Counted from the first letter of the stretch, positions 1-14,942 are shown. The stretch: 64,000 nucleotides of DNA from Octopus vulgaris (GCA_951406725.2 OX597833.1:46376001-46440000); one strand, 5' to 3'. Translations and numbers: made by a program. The notes: generated from the sequence alone by a model not told the origin.

Positions 1-1
1 A

Positions 2-53
<52 letters not shown>

Positions 54-60
54 AAGAAAG
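1..60. repeat. (AAAG)n microsatellite
   Basis: Tandem aaag units read directly. Confidence 0.95.
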
Positions 61-300
61 GAATGACTGCGAAATGGAAGCCAGAAAGTGACTCGACATG
101 AAGTTGCCTGGGGGTGAGGAAATTAAGTCCAATGCGATCAGCCAGTTTCATTGCATAATTCAAATTAAGTGGCAAACTTGTTGGCAGACGATAGCTATCA
201 GAATGCGGCGTATCCCCATGGGATTTTAGCACCCATATCGGGAAAGTCACCGAGTACATCACTTGCCAAAACCGTTAGGTTGAAATGGGGCAGTATAAGT

Positions 301-554
301 ACACACACACACACACACACATACACACACACACAAATACACACGCACACGCATGCACACATATACACACAAATACACACACAACAAATAGACACGAGCA
401 CACGTACAAACTCACACAGAAACATGCTTACATAAAGTACTTTAGTCTTAAAAATACATGCATTATTATATACGCATATGTGCGTGTATGTATGTGTGTG
501 TATCTGTATGTATGTATGTATGTATGTATGTATGTATGTATGTATGTATGTATG

Positions 555-620
<66 letters not shown>

Positions 621-813
621 TGTATGTATGTATGTAGGTAGGTAGGTAGGTAGGTATACATATGTATACATATGTGTGTGCATCACAGTCATATTTTCAA
701 TATATCATTCCAAGCTACTTTATCTTTATGCGTGGGTGAGTGTTTGTGCGTGTGTATATGTGTGTTTGTGTTTGTGTGCATATGTGCATGTATGTACGTA
801 TGTATGTATGTAT
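301..813. repeat. Compound (CA)n/(TATG)n/(TA)n microsatellite block
   Basis: Read directly. The overlapping HT/YI/MYVC ORFs are repeat translations. Confidence 0.9.
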
Positions 814-949
814 TTCTTTAAAAGGAGAATAGCTTAGATATGATATACTGAAAATACGAATCTTGTTAGGATTTAATCTTTTCTATTAGAAAGTTTTTCG
901 TATCTGCCTATCAGACCCTTGTAGTTAGTTTTGGGAATAATAAAGTTCC

Positions 950-1580
950 CGAATTTATTTATCAACTTTTCTTAGCTATCTCAGCCCCATCTTCAGGATT
1001 TGGAGTGATGATGTGTTCAGTACTTTCTCTTTTGATAGCGGACGGTTTTTGTTCATGCTAATTTTGCAGGCAAAATTTGACCGTTGGAGCATTAGAGTTC
1101 CACGTTATCAGATTTGTATGTCCTCTTGCTTTTAATTATTTAAAGTCTTCCTGTATGTATCCAGTTCTACAGTTCTACTGCGTGGTAGCATTTATCCTGA
1201 CAGGAATCGTTAAGAGGCGGAAGTGGAATTCAAAGTGTTGAAATTGTTTGCCAATAGCAGACTCCATCATTTTTGAAGTGCAGTAAGTAAGACAGACGAA
1301 ACGATAGCTAATGGAATCAGAAGTTAGGATGCCCTTTTCCGAAATGGGACGCATTTGTATCATGTAGAGCGATAGAAACATATCAGGTGAGAGAGTGAGG
1401 AAGACAGAGAATGGGGAATATAAATGAAGTAAGGGATATTATCAGGCCTGATAAACTAGTTGATGAAGAGGCGACAAGAACTTCCACACACTTCGCCTGT
1501 AAGTGCGCCTGGAGAGAAAGACTTATGGATTTGGAAAGAAATATTTTAGTTGGAAAATTACTCAAAATGTGCAATGGTTA
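950..1580 (-). pseudogene. Possible highly decayed Penelope-like element 3' end
   Basis: Minus-strand peptides ILTSDSISYRFVC and ESAIGK resemble PLE GIY-YIG regions. They are followed by CTGAAGA-TG-GGGCT-GAGAT-AGCT-AA-GAAAAG (about 960-996), a decayed HHR-like motif. Very degenerate. Confidence 0.3.
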
Positions 1581-1596
1581 AGAAGCCAGATATACA

Positions 1597-1727
<131 letters not shown>

Positions 1728-1831
1728 CACACTCATATTTCGAGTTCTGTTTTTCCTGTTTGCATCAGCAAACCCCTCACTCTCTGTCTCTCTGTCTCTC
1801 TCTTTCTCTCTCTCTTTCTTTCTCTCTCTCT

Positions 1832-1891
<60 letters not shown>

Positions 1892-2007
1892 GCGCGTGTG
1901 TGTGTGTGTGTGTATTTATTTAAATACAAATGTCTTATGTTATAACAAAAACAATTTTACATTTAATTGAAGGATAACTCAATACATTTGGTAGAGTACA
2001 AATTTAT

Positions 2008-2132
2008 TATTCTTCAAAAAGAATAGTATTGACAGGGATTTCGAAGTTTCGACCATCAAAGCCATCATCGGATGAAGGCTTAGTCAGCCGAAACTTCAAA
2101 GTCGCTGTCAATACTACTCTTGTTAGAGAATA
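2008..2132. mobile_element. Fold-back palindrome of a PLE pseudo-LTR-like fragment with HHR remnants in both arms
   Basis: Imperfect inverted repeat centred on 2070. The plus arm reads CGGATGA-A-GGCT-TAGTC-AGCC-GAAACT-TCAA-AGTC. Confidence 0.7.
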
Positions 2133-2289
2133 TGTATGTATGTATGCATGTATGTATGTATGTATGTATGTATGTATGTATGTATGTATGTATGTATGTA
2201 TGTATGTATCGTAAGTATATATGTATGTATGCATACACAGGTATACGTATATGTGTGATTGCGCGTCCGTGTGTTCGAGGGTAATTGAA

Positions 2290-2675
2290 CCACATCTTGA
2301 CAAATTGTGTTGGTTTGTTTACGTCCCCTTAGCGTAACGTTGTGGCGAAAGAGACCGATAGAATGAGTACCAGACTTTAATATATATATATAGGGAGAGT
2401 TTACGAAAAAAAAACAAAAGACGAAGACAGGTGGTGTACAAAACAAACAGATGTATTAGTATAACGCCAAGGAATAGAAAAATTCTTTTACGTTTCGAGC
2501 CTACGCTCTTCCACAGAAAGGAACACAAAGAAAAAATGTGTGTAGTGGCTAACGTTCTATCATGGCGACTATATATATATATACAAGTACTAAGATCAAT
2601 TTGTTCGACAAAACCCTTCAAGGCAGTGCCCCAGCATGGCCTCAGCACAATGGCTGAAACGTATAAAAGAAAATA
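2290..2675 (+). mobile_element. SINE family A 3' half, interrupted by an HHR-bearing element
   Basis: gtttacgtcccc...gagaccgatagaat...ccagcatggc...gctgaaac matches other family A copies. It is split at a TA run by 2391-2570. Confidence 0.7.
2391..2570 (-). mobile_element. Short PLE-like element (HHR family H2) with variant hammerhead at 2485-2520
   Basis: Homologous to 3668-3930 and 33435-33620. The minus strand reads CTTT-CTGTGGA-A-GAGC-GTAG-GCTC-GAAACGTA-AAAG. Flanked by TA repeats. Confidence 0.75.
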
Positions 2676-2770
2676 GAAGAAATGCAGAATCGAAAATTTT
2701 GCGGAACCTGTGTTTATTGAAGCTAAAACAGAAATACTGCATTCTCACACAACAGAAATATTTGCTTCGC

Positions 2771-3200
2771 GTAGCTGCGTGGTAAGAAGCTAGCTTCCTT
2801 ACCACATGGTTCCGAGTTCAGTCCCACTGAGTGGTACCTTCGCCAAGCATCTTCTATTATCACCTCGGGCCGACCAAAGCCTTGTGAGTGGATTGGTAGA
2901 CGGAAACTGAAAGAAGCCCGTCGTATATATATATGTATGTGTGTGTGTGTGTGTGTGTGTGAGTGTGTATGTGAGTGTGTGTGTGTGTGTCTGTGTTTGT
3001 CGACCACCCTCGCTTGATAACCGATGTTGGTGTGTTTACGTCCCCGTAATCTAGCGGTTCGGCAAAAGCGAGCGATAGAATAAGTACTAGACCTACAAAG
3101 AATAGGTCCTAGGGTCAATTTCTCCGACTAAAACTCTTTAAGGCACTGCTCCGGCATGGCCACAGTCAAATGACTAAAACATGTAAAAGAATAAAAGAAT
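2771..3200 (+). mobile_element. tRNA-derived SINE family A, near full length
   Basis: A-box-like gtggtaag, B-box-like ggttccgagttcagtccc, internal (TA)/(TG) microsatellite, and tail gcatggccacagtcaaatgact...aaaagaat. More than 15 copies in the window. Confidence 0.85.
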
Positions 3201-3626
3201 AAATAAATAAAAGAATATATAGTTTCTTGCAGAGCATCCTAGGAACTGCTTGCTCAAAACAGACTCCTAGCGTGCTCTTTCATTAGCAAAGGTATAGTGC
3301 ATTAAGTGAGAGACTATGTTTCTTAAGTAAAGAAATATGGTAGAGTTTTACCAAACCCCGCTGATAAAAGTTATCATCTACCTGCTGGTATGTACCTAGC
3401 TGGCAGAAATTACGCTATCCCGATATTTCGTATGGAACTTCATGTTTTAGATATTTTGTTTCTACAGAACTACAATTTGTGTCAGTCTTTCGCCGCTTTA
3501 ACCAATGAAGAAACTATAATTTTTATATTTTTCATTGTCATTCAGCATTCTCGCTGAATCCTTTGCATATAAAATGACTCGCAGAGGAACTGCAAAATAT
3601 AGATTTATTTTTAATACACAGCCTAT

Positions 3627-3667
<41 letters not shown>

Positions 3668-3671
<4 letters not shown>

Positions 3672-3930
3672 AGAATTCACGGAAAAAATAAAAGACGAAG
3701 ACAGGTGGTGTAGAAAACAAACAGATGTATTAGTATAACGCTCGGGAATTGAAAAAAGTCTTTAACGTTTCGAGCCTACGTTCTTCCACAGAAAGGAACA
3801 CAAAAAGAAACAAGGAGAGAAAAAAATGTGTGTAGCGGCTATCTATCTATCATGGCAAATGCCAGACAGAAAGGTCACACAGGAGAGCTAAGAAGTAGGG
3901 GAGATAACAAAGTAGTAGTGATCCCAAAGC
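3668..3930 (-). mobile_element. PLE-like element (family H2) with variant hammerhead at 3760-3795
   Basis: Longer homologue of 2391-2570. Reads CTTT-CTGTGGA-A-GAAC-GTAG-GCTC-GAAACGTT-AAAG. Bounded by (TA)n. Confidence 0.75.
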
Positions 3931-4599
3931 ATATATATATATGGCTTATGAAGAGCTTCACTCCGAAAACATTGTTCAACGCGAGGCTATGGACAAAGGA
4001 AATAAGATGTATAGGTAAGGTGCTGCGCAGGAATACCTACATGTTAATAAATAGTTGCAGTGCAAAGTTCTTGATCACACAACTTTATCTGTGGATTAGT
4101 GGACTAGGCGTTCGCCATCCAAATCTGATTGCCTTATGTCACAAACTCCTTGGTCATTGAGTCAACAACACAACGTAGCAATGAACCGTTAACACTTTAT
4201 CTATCACTCCAGTGTTCTTTCTGTTCCGTTCTCTCAGCACTATGAAACAGCGACTGTAAGAAACATGAAAATAAACGGGGTGGGGAACAAAACAACGTTA
4301 AAGAATTCAGTGCAGTTGAACTCTACACTCTCCGTCAAACAGTTCTGCCGTCTGAAGACCAATGTGGTTAGACTATGGGTGGTTAAAATAACTCAATTAT
4401 TAAACAAATAATAAAAACACCAAAGAGATACGCTACACCAATTACTGCCGGTTGTCAGACGCGCAGAAAATCAAAGAATGTCTGTGCGTGTATGTCTATA
4501 TGGGTTAGAGTACATATATATATATTTATATAAATATGCATATATATATATATATATAAATAATTGAGTAGTTGAATGAATTATCTTATTATGGATTAT

Positions 4600-5870
<1,271 letters not shown>

Positions 5871-6286
5871 ATGTGTGCATATATAGGGTGTGATGGATAA
5901 CTTGTTGCCATTTTATTTTCTTACTTTCGCGCGTGCGCATTCTTTGCTTTTGATTTTGTCGACTACATAGAATAGTAGGGTCAATTCACAATGCCAGAAA
6001 TTTGGAGACATGCTGTACTGCTTATATGTGTGTGTGTGTGTGTTTATATATGTATGTATGTAATGTATGTATGGTGGAATCAGGGTGGTTGTTAGATCAT
6101 TTTTTTTTCTTTTACTTTTTATAACGTAAACACACCAACATCGGTGTCAAGCGAAGGCTGGATGACAAACACAGACACACAAATACATAAATATATATAC
6201 CTCTTTATTCATTTATTTATCTATTTATTTCACCCTCGATCACCTACGCTATTAATTAAGCTAATTATAAAGAAACAAGTGTGTGT

Positions 6287-6330
<44 letters not shown>

Positions 6331-6603
6331 GTGTGTTTGTGTGTGTGTATGATCTCGTATATGTGTGTGGGGAGCGTGCCTGTATGTGTAAGTGTATATA
6401 CGTATATATGTGCAAATATACATATACGTTTTTATGTGGGTTTGTGTACACAAACACATACATATATATTAACACACACATATGTATATTTACACATGTA
6501 TATATTACACCTACACATATGAGTGAACTCTTGTGTATATATGTATATGTGCACGTATATATATATGTATGTGTGTATATATAAATATGTATAAAATAAT
6601 CAA

Positions 6604-6840
6604 CGTGGCTAGAGGCAATTCAAAACCAAAAAGGAAATAATTCACCGTCTCTAAAATGTGACGAAAGGTGCAGGGAGCACCAGAATTGCCTCCCTTGTCG
6701 GTATATAGAAAATGTGCTTTCTGTGGCTAAAGAGTCCTTTGTCTCTTATTTCTAGCAATGCTGTTGCACCCTGTACCCTTCGTCTCATTTTAGTAACAGT
6801 AAATTATGTCCTTTTTCGTTTTGAATTGCGACTAGCCACC
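6604..6840. mobile_element. MITE with about 85 bp TIRs, Kolobok-like
   Basis: Left gtggctagaggcaattcaaaacc... is the imperfect reverse complement of right ...gttttgaattgcgactagccacc. The right flank is TTAA and the left is TCAA. GG termini with a TTAA TSD fit the Kolobok superfamily. Confidence 0.65.
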
Positions 6841-7162
6841 TTAATTATTTTATAATTTTCATATGACCATTTTGCAGAATCAGCCACTGATTCCTATAGT
6901 GGTGTGGCATAATGTTGAGCAAGGGACATAATTTCAGCCTGTAGCGTAATGTTGAAGAAGAGACATACTTTCAGCCTAATTTCTGCAATAAATACTGTAA
7001 CTACAGAATCTTTCAAAAGCATTCAGACTAAAAAGAAAATAACATTGTCTATTAAAATAGACATAACTAACTACATTGTATATCAATCAGACTTATGCAA
7101 CTTGAATGAATAACAGTACTGTGGTTTAAACCAGCTTAAAATCACTTAACAGCAGATCATAG

Positions 7163-7549
7163 CTCTTTACTCTCTTTTACTTGTTTCAGTCATTTGACTG
7201 CGGCCCTGCTGGAGCACCGCCTTTAATCGAGCAACTCGACCCCGGGACTTATTCTTTTGTAAGCCCAGTACTTATTCTATCGGTCTCTTTTGCCGAACCG
7301 CTAAGTAACGGGGATATAAAATCTCACCAGCATCGGTTGTCAAGCAATGCTAAGGGGACAAACACAGACACATATATATATACATATATACGACGGGCTT
7401 CTTTCAGTTTCCATCTACCAAATCCACTCACAAGGCTTTCGTCGGCCCGAGGCTATAGTAGAAGACACTTGCCCAAGGTGTCACGCAGTGAGACTGAACC
7501 CGGAACCATGTGGTTGGTAAGCAAGCTACTTACCACACAGCCACTCCTG
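7163..7549 (-). mobile_element. SINE family A, full length
   Basis: Reverse complement of the family A consensus seen at 49124 and 53486. Confidence 0.9.
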
Positions 7550-7574
7550 TGTTCTTTTATTCTATTATTCTTTT

Positions 7575-7985
7575 ATTCTTTTTATTCGTTTAAGTCATTT
7601 GACTGCGGCCATGCTGGAGCACCGCCTTTAGTCGAGCAAATCGACCCCAGGATTTATTCTTTGTAAGCCTAGTACTTATTCTATCGGATCTCTTTTTCCG
7701 AACCGCTAAGTTACGGGGACGTAAACACACCGGCATCGATTATCAAGCAATGTTTGGGAGAACAAGCACAGGCACACAAACATATACACACACATACATA
7801 TATATATATATACATATACATATATCCGACGAGCTTCTTTCATTTTCCGTCTACCAAATCCGCTCACAAGGCTTTGATCGGCCCGACGCTATACTAGAAG
7901 ACACTTGCCCAAGGTGCCACGCAGTGGGACTGAACCAAAAACCATGTGGTTGGTAAGCAAGCTACTTTCCATACAACCACTCCTA
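7575..7985 (-). mobile_element. SINE family A, full length (tandem with the previous copy)
   Basis: Same motifs as 7163-7549. Confidence 0.9.
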
Positions 7986-8269
7986 CACCTATGTATATTA
8001 ACTTTTTCAAATACCGTCTTCAAGAAACTGCTACATCGCTCTCGAAACATTCGGCCAAAGATGCTGCTTAGTCTATCCGACAGTCCATGGTCTATCTTGG
8101 ATAGAGCCACTACATAAATAATGATCCAAAACGATGCAATTCGACTACTATTACAACCTCACCAGACCAATACTGAAAAAAAGAAATGACAGAGTTAAAT
8201 GTGTCTTGTTAAATGAGCAAACAGGTAGACAAGTGGTTTCGTCACATGATACTATGATACTTATTTCCT

Positions 8270-8537
8270 GTGTCTCTTTTGCCCCACTGCTACGTTACAG
8301 GGACGTAAACACACCAACATCGGTGTCAAGCGAAGGTGGGAGGACAAACACAGACGCACAAATACATAAATATATATACGTCGAGCTTCTTTCAATTTCC
8401 GTCTACTAGATCCACTCACAAGGCTTTGGTCGGCCCGAGGCTATAGTAGGAGACGCTGGCCCAAAGTGCCACGCAGTGGGACTGAACCTGGATCCAAGTG
8501 GTTGGAAAGTAAGCTTCTTACTACACAGCCACTCCTG
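8270..8537 (-). mobile_element. SINE family A, 3'-truncated
   Basis: Head and middle match family A. Confidence 0.85.
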
Positions 8538-8542
8538 CACCT

Positions 8543-8611
<69 letters not shown>

Positions 8612-8636
8612 TACATATATATATATATATACATAC

Positions 8637-8683
<47 letters not shown>

Positions 8684-8762
8684 TATATACATATATATAT
8701 ACATATATATATATATATCCATATGCGTAAGTATTCACATATATACATACATACATACGTAC

Positions 8763-8794
<32 letters not shown>

Positions 8795-8949
8795 ATGTAT
8801 ATGTATATATGTGTATTTATGCAAATACAAATTTGCATAGACACACACACATATAGATAGAGAGGGAGAGATTATATATGTTCGTGTATGTGTATGTATA
8901 GATATATATCTATATGTATGTATATATATATGTGAGAATATATACCTGA

Positions 8950-9013
<64 letters not shown>

Positions 9014-9201
9014 AAACACAAATACGCACACATATGAGTTTGTATATTCATAGAACAAAACAGCACTCTATAGTTAGCGAGGCGTGGCTGGTTGTGTGGG
9101 AGATGGGTGTAGCCAAATTTGTGGGAAACAGAGTGAATGGGCGTTTCTCTTCATTTACGCAATTATTTCTTTAAACAAAACATACCTTTGATTCATATAC
9201 C

Positions 9202-9362
9202 ATTAAAATATGAATATAATATATTTTTATATAGTTTATGACCGGTCTTATATTTCTGGTTAATGGATCATACTTTTTTACTGTTGCGTTACAATAATGA
9301 TAATTTCATTTTTTTGTGCTGATGTAATAAGAATTGTTTTTAATGAGCACAAGGACGCATAA
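9202..9362 (+). repeat. About 160 bp segment duplicated in inverted orientation at 11858-12018
   Basis: attaaaatatgaatataat...gcacaaggacgcataa is the near-exact reverse complement of 11858-12018. Confidence 0.9.
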
Positions 9363-9500
9363 TTTACTGCTGGGAACAATTGATTTTATTTCTCATGCTC
9401 ATCCGGTATGTGACAGACATTTTATTTCGTTCACGATGATTGGTTGATGGTTGATGTCAAGAGAAGTCGACTTGATCTAATGATAAATATAATAATAATG

Positions 9501-9596
<96 letters not shown>

Positions 9597-9599
<3 letters not shown>

Positions 9600-10195
9600 G
9601 CCCTGATGCAGTACCTAAATGCCCTGATGCAGTACCTAAATGCCCTGATGCAGTACCAGGCAGTGGCTCTCATGGCTTCTGATCTTAACTGATTGGAAGT
9701 GTTATCATGTACATTGTCTTGTCTTGGTATAAAAGATGAGCTACAGCAAATATTCTGCTCAATACCACAGATTTGCTTGTCAGTTGTTTGACCTTAATCA
9801 GTTGAGCATATCCCTTAGTGACTGACGATATGTGCATCACTGATCACGAGCAGAAGTAGTGGGGATGCATCATAGCCATGTGTTGAGAGGGATTCTTTGG
9901 GGTTTGAATAATTCATCTCTGGAAACATGGGTGGTTCTTTCAACATCCTTAAACAACCCTTATTCAGGGACCTTTTGAGCGGGATGGGCTACTCAACCTG
10001 AAGAAAATTCTAACTGGGCCTCACCTGCAAGGTCATGTGCTGTTTATCTTGATATGAGATCACTATGTCGCGCACATATGGTTGTGATGCATGTGCCTGG
10101 TGTACCCTTATCAGACGGGTAGTCATGATGGGTATATTGGGCTTCGTATATTTTACCACAGTGTCACTTTGATGGCTTTAACTGCTCTCTCACTC

Positions 10196-10197
<2 letters not shown>
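9597..10197 (+). mobile_element. Non-coding retroelement 3' segment inserted in (AAT)n, copy 1 (possibly an R4/Dong 3' UTR)
   Basis: About 600 bp between (AAT)n arrays, ending ...ctctctcactc-aataataat. Highly similar to 10380-10832. The Dong attribution is inferred from known (TAA)n targeting. Confidence 0.7.
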
Positions 10198-10276
<79 letters not shown>

Positions 10277-10310
10277 TGAGCAAATATTCTGAGCAAATAA
10301 TAATTGAGCA

Positions 10311-10361
<51 letters not shown>

Positions 10362-10379
10362 TGAGCAAATAATAATAAT

Positions 10380-11015
<636 letters not shown>

Positions 11016-11328
11016 GTTTCGAATTTTGCCAGAAGGGCAGCTTGGGGGTTAGGAGATTAAGTAGGTTACATTGACCCCAGTGCGTAACTGGTACTTATTT
11101 AATCGACCCCGAAGAAGAAGAAGAAGAATTGTAAAATGAAGTGTGAGATCCATATGATTGAATAACTCGAGAAATAGTTTTGTTAAATGCATTATAAATA
11201 TGTTGTTGGTGCCAGCATCTCTGTATATTCAATATATACTGCGTGTGTTAGGAGGGTGAGATGGCAGAATCATGAACACACCGGGCGAAATGCATAGAGG
11301 TATTTCGTCTGCCGTTACGTTCTGAGTT

Positions 11329-11374
<46 letters not shown>

Positions 11375-11375
<1 letters not shown>

Positions 11376-11620
11376 TTTATTTAAAGCAGCAGAAAATTCA
11401 ACAAAACCTGTTACTCTGAGTTTTCCCGTTGCCGTTCGTCGGACAGTTTTTGCTAGAATTTTTTCTAGCAAAAACTGTCCGACGAACGGCAACGGGAGAC
11501 TCAGAGTAACAGGTTTTGTTGAATTTTCTGCTGCTTTAAATAAAGCATATTACTCTACCACTGGTATTTGAGTACTCTCTTTTCCACCTTGTTTCACATT
11601 TATGTGTTTCCTCCGGTGTA
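11375..11620. mobile_element. Fold-back PLE-like element: 171 bp palindrome (11375-11545) plus unpaired 3' tail, with an HHR-like motif in each arm
   Basis: Near-perfect arms around a tttt loop at about 11460. The plus arm reads CTGT-CCGACGA-ACG-GCAA-CGG-GAGACT-CAG-AGTA-ACAG (11475-11512), with a mirror copy at 11408-11446. Confidence 0.8.
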
Positions 11621-11650
11621 TATATCTCTATATATAATATATATATATAA

Positions 11651-11857
11651 AGTTAATCCAAACAAGAAAACACACAAAAAAACACAACAACGCGAGGACG
11701 TGGAACAAATATAGTATTATTGGACGCTCAGGAAAGAAGGAAAGAAGGAGGGTTTAACGTTTCGAGCGGAGCTCTTCGTCGGAAACATAGGAGAAGGAAA
11801 GATCCAGAGAAGGGAAGACAGAGGGAAAAAAATCGCCAACGGTACACACGAGGTCAC
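11651..11857 (-). mobile_element. Short PLE-like element (HHR family H1) with hammerhead at 11752-11786
   Basis: Reverse complement of 15804-15977. Reads GTTT-CCGACGA-A-GAGC-TCC-GCTC-GAAACGTT-AAAC. Confidence 0.8.
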
Positions 11858-12018
11858 TTATGCGTCCTTGTGCTCATTAAAAACGATTCTTATTACATCA
11901 GCACAAGAAAATGAAATTATCATTATTGTAACGCAACAATAAAAAAGTATGATCCATTAACCAGAAATATAAGACCGGTCATAAACTATATAAAAATACA
12001 TTATATTCATATTTTAAT
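11858..12018 (-). repeat. Inverted copy of 9202-9362
   Basis: Direct reverse-complement match. Confidence 0.9.
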
Positions 12019-12047
12019 AGTATGTATATATATATAAATATATATAT

Positions 12048-12173
<126 letters not shown>

Positions 12174-12191
12174 GCATATATATATACATAT

Positions 12192-12255
<64 letters not shown>

Positions 12256-12266
12256 GATGATGATGG

Positions 12267-12303
<37 letters not shown>

Positions 12304-12604
12304 ATTATTATTACGACGACGACGAAGATATTGTTCTGAAGATATCGTTAAACTTATAAATTGCGACGTGTAGCATGTTTCCACCTTCAGATTCATGAAG
12401 CTGGAGCTTACCCAGACTTGCATGTTGCTTGGGCTGAAGGTACAAGGCTTGTCTCAAACGGAACACCGTTCCGTCTCAGGTTTAACTGCAAATACCGCTC
12501 GCAGTCATTTTCAGCTGAGTGTAGTGAAGCAAGGTGAAATAAAGTGTCTTGCTCAAGGACAAAACACGCTACTCGGCTTGAGAACAGAACACATGACCTA
12601 GCAA

Positions 12605-13005
12605 TAATCCTTTCTACTATAGACACAAGGCCTGAAATTTGGGGCAGGGGAATAATCGATTATATCGACCCCAGTACGTAACTGGTACTTAATTTATCGA
12701 CCCCGAAAGGATGAAAGGCAAAGTTGACCTCGGCGGAATTCGAACTCAGAACGTAGCGACGGGCGAAATACCTATTTCTTTACTACCCACAAGGGGCTAA
12801 ACACAGAGAGGACAAACAAGGACAGACAAACGGATTAAGTCGATTATATCGAACCCAGTGCGTAACTGGTACTTAATTTATTGACCCCGAAAGGATGAAA
12901 GGCAAAGTTGACCACGGCGGAATTCGAACTCAGAACGTAGCGACGGGCGAAATACCACTAAGCATTTCGTCCAGCATGCTAACTATTCTGCCAGCTCATC
13001 GCCGT
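12605..13005 (-). mobile_element. tRNA-derived SINE family B, dimeric body
   Basis: Head ggcgatgagctggcagaa..gttagc, B-box-like gagttcgaattcc, and central gcctttcatcctttcggggtc(g/a)ataaa..agtaccag, which resembles the Meta/MESC SINE domain. Two body units. Confidence 0.85.
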
Positions 13006-13135
13006 AAGGACCTATCAATAATGAAACCAACACTCAAACCATTAGGTCACGCACCTTCAGGTACGGTGAAAAATGCAAAGAAGGAGAAGGAAAGAATGGA
13101 AAGTAGACTTCATTTCATTATTATAATTCATCAAC

Positions 13136-13920
13136 GGCGGTGAGCTGGCAGAAACGTTAGCGCGCCGGATAAAATGCTTAGCAGTATTTCATCTGCTGCT
13201 ACGTTCTGAGTTCGAATTCCGCCGATGTCGACTTTGCCTTTCATCCTTTCGGGGTCGCTTAAATAAGTACCAGTTACACACTCGGGACGATATAATCGAC
13301 TTAATCCGTTTGTCCGTCCTTGTTTGTCCTCTCTGTGTTTAGCCCCTTGTGGGTAGTAAAGAAATAGGTATTTCGTCTGTCGCTACGTTCTGAGATCAAA
13401 TTCCGCCGAGGTCGACTTTGCCTTTCATCCTTTTGAGGTCGATAAATAAAGTACCAGTTTGCGCACTGGAGTCAATATAACCGACTTAATCCGTTTTCCT
13501 GTCCTTGTTTGTCCTCACTGTGTTTAGCCCCTTGTGGGTAGTAAAGAACTAGGTATTTCGTCTGCCTGCCGCTACGTTCTGAGTTCAAATTCCGCCGAGG
13601 TCGACTTTGCCTTTCATCCTTTCGAGGTCTATTAAATAAGCACCAGTTACGCACTGGGGTCTATATAATCGACTTAATCCGTTTGTCTGTCCTTGTTTGT
13701 CCTCTCTGTGCTTAGTCCCTTGTGCCTAGAGGAGAAATGAATATGCTTAGCGGTATTTAGTCCGTCTTTAAGTTCTGAGTTCAAATTCCACCGAGGTCGA
13801 CGTTCCTTATCATCCTTTCGGAGTCGACAAAATAAGCACCAATCAAATACTGTGTTCAATGTAATCGACTAGTCCCCTTCCCCAAAAATTTCGGGCCTTG
13901 TCCCTTCTAGCAGAAAGGTT
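13136..13920 (+). mobile_element. SINE family B multimer (four body units of about 185 bp)
   Basis: One head, then units restarting at ggtatttcgtctg near 13367 and 13552 and at a variant site near 13752. The last unit has a different tail. Confidence 0.9.
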
Positions 13921-13939
13921 TACTGTTCCCTCCCTCTTA

Positions 13940-14070
13940 GGGACGGTGAGCTGACAGAATCGTTAGCGCGTCGGTAAAAATTCTTGGCAACTTTCTTCTG
14001 GCGCTTTATGTTCAAGTCCCGCCGGGGTCAACTATGCTTTTCATCTTTTCGGGGTCGGTAAAATACAATA
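13940..14070 (+). mobile_element. Diverged SINE family B 5' fragment
   Basis: ggacggtgagctgacagaatcgttagc...gctttcatcttttcggggtcggtaaa. Confidence 0.7.
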
Positions 14071-14666
14071 CCGTCAAAGTTAGGAAGAATTATTATTTTC
14101 TTCCTTTGGTTCGAAGTCCATGTGAGGGAAATATAAATGTACAATAGGAATGCAAATGCCACCACTATCGTCATGATAGCAACAACATGTCCTACAACAC
14201 GTAACAGCCACTACCCCACCCCCAACCACCTCCGCCAGCACCCTCACCAATACATCTTAAATGTATTTAACTGCAACAGGCACGATGTTTGAGAGAAGCA
14301 ACAGCAACATCACCTGCATTATAACCAGATTCCCACCACCATTATTAAAACTACTACTATAACTTACACCACCATTACTATCAACCCCCACCACCAAAAA
14401 CAAAAAAAAAACAAAAAAAAAGAAACCGTATCAGACGCAACCTCCGCCACAGCCTACGAAACACAAAGCAACGCATTAACTGCTCCCACCGCCGCCGCCA
14501 CCACCATATATAAGACAATGTCGAGCACAAAAGCTGCACAGTGGTGGCTGGTGCACCAGCTTTCAGATAATGTTTCAGTGAGACAAAAGCACAAAGGCTG
14601 CATATTATGACTTCACATGCTCGCTCAGCAAGCGGCCGAAATAGAAAAAAAATAAATGACCAACAG

Positions 14667-14704
<38 letters not shown>

Positions 14705-14891
14705 TACAGGTGTGTGGCGAAGAGAGCCATACATTTGGCAAACCCCATTCCTGCACACGTCGGAATGTATATGACGAATGCATGAATTTTCCATATGGCC
14801 CTTTCAGATAAGGAGGGCGATATATAGGACAATAGTTGCATGATGACTCACGAATATAGAAAGCAGGAAAGAGACCCGCGATTATACGTTA

Positions 14892-14942
<51 letters not shown>

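Noticed and set aside
3943-3980. CTTATGA-A-GAG-CTTCA-CTC-CGAAAAC-ATT-GTTC resembling an HHR
   Set aside because: G5 is missing, spacing is irregular and there is no stem I. Possibly a relic but not supportable.
4350-4375. CTGAAGA followed by a small hairpin
   Set aside because: No GAAA box or stem III.
13136-13920. Regularly spaced repeats superficially like a CRISPR array
   Set aside because: Units are about 185 bp SINE bodies without unique spacers, in a eukaryotic context with no cas genes.
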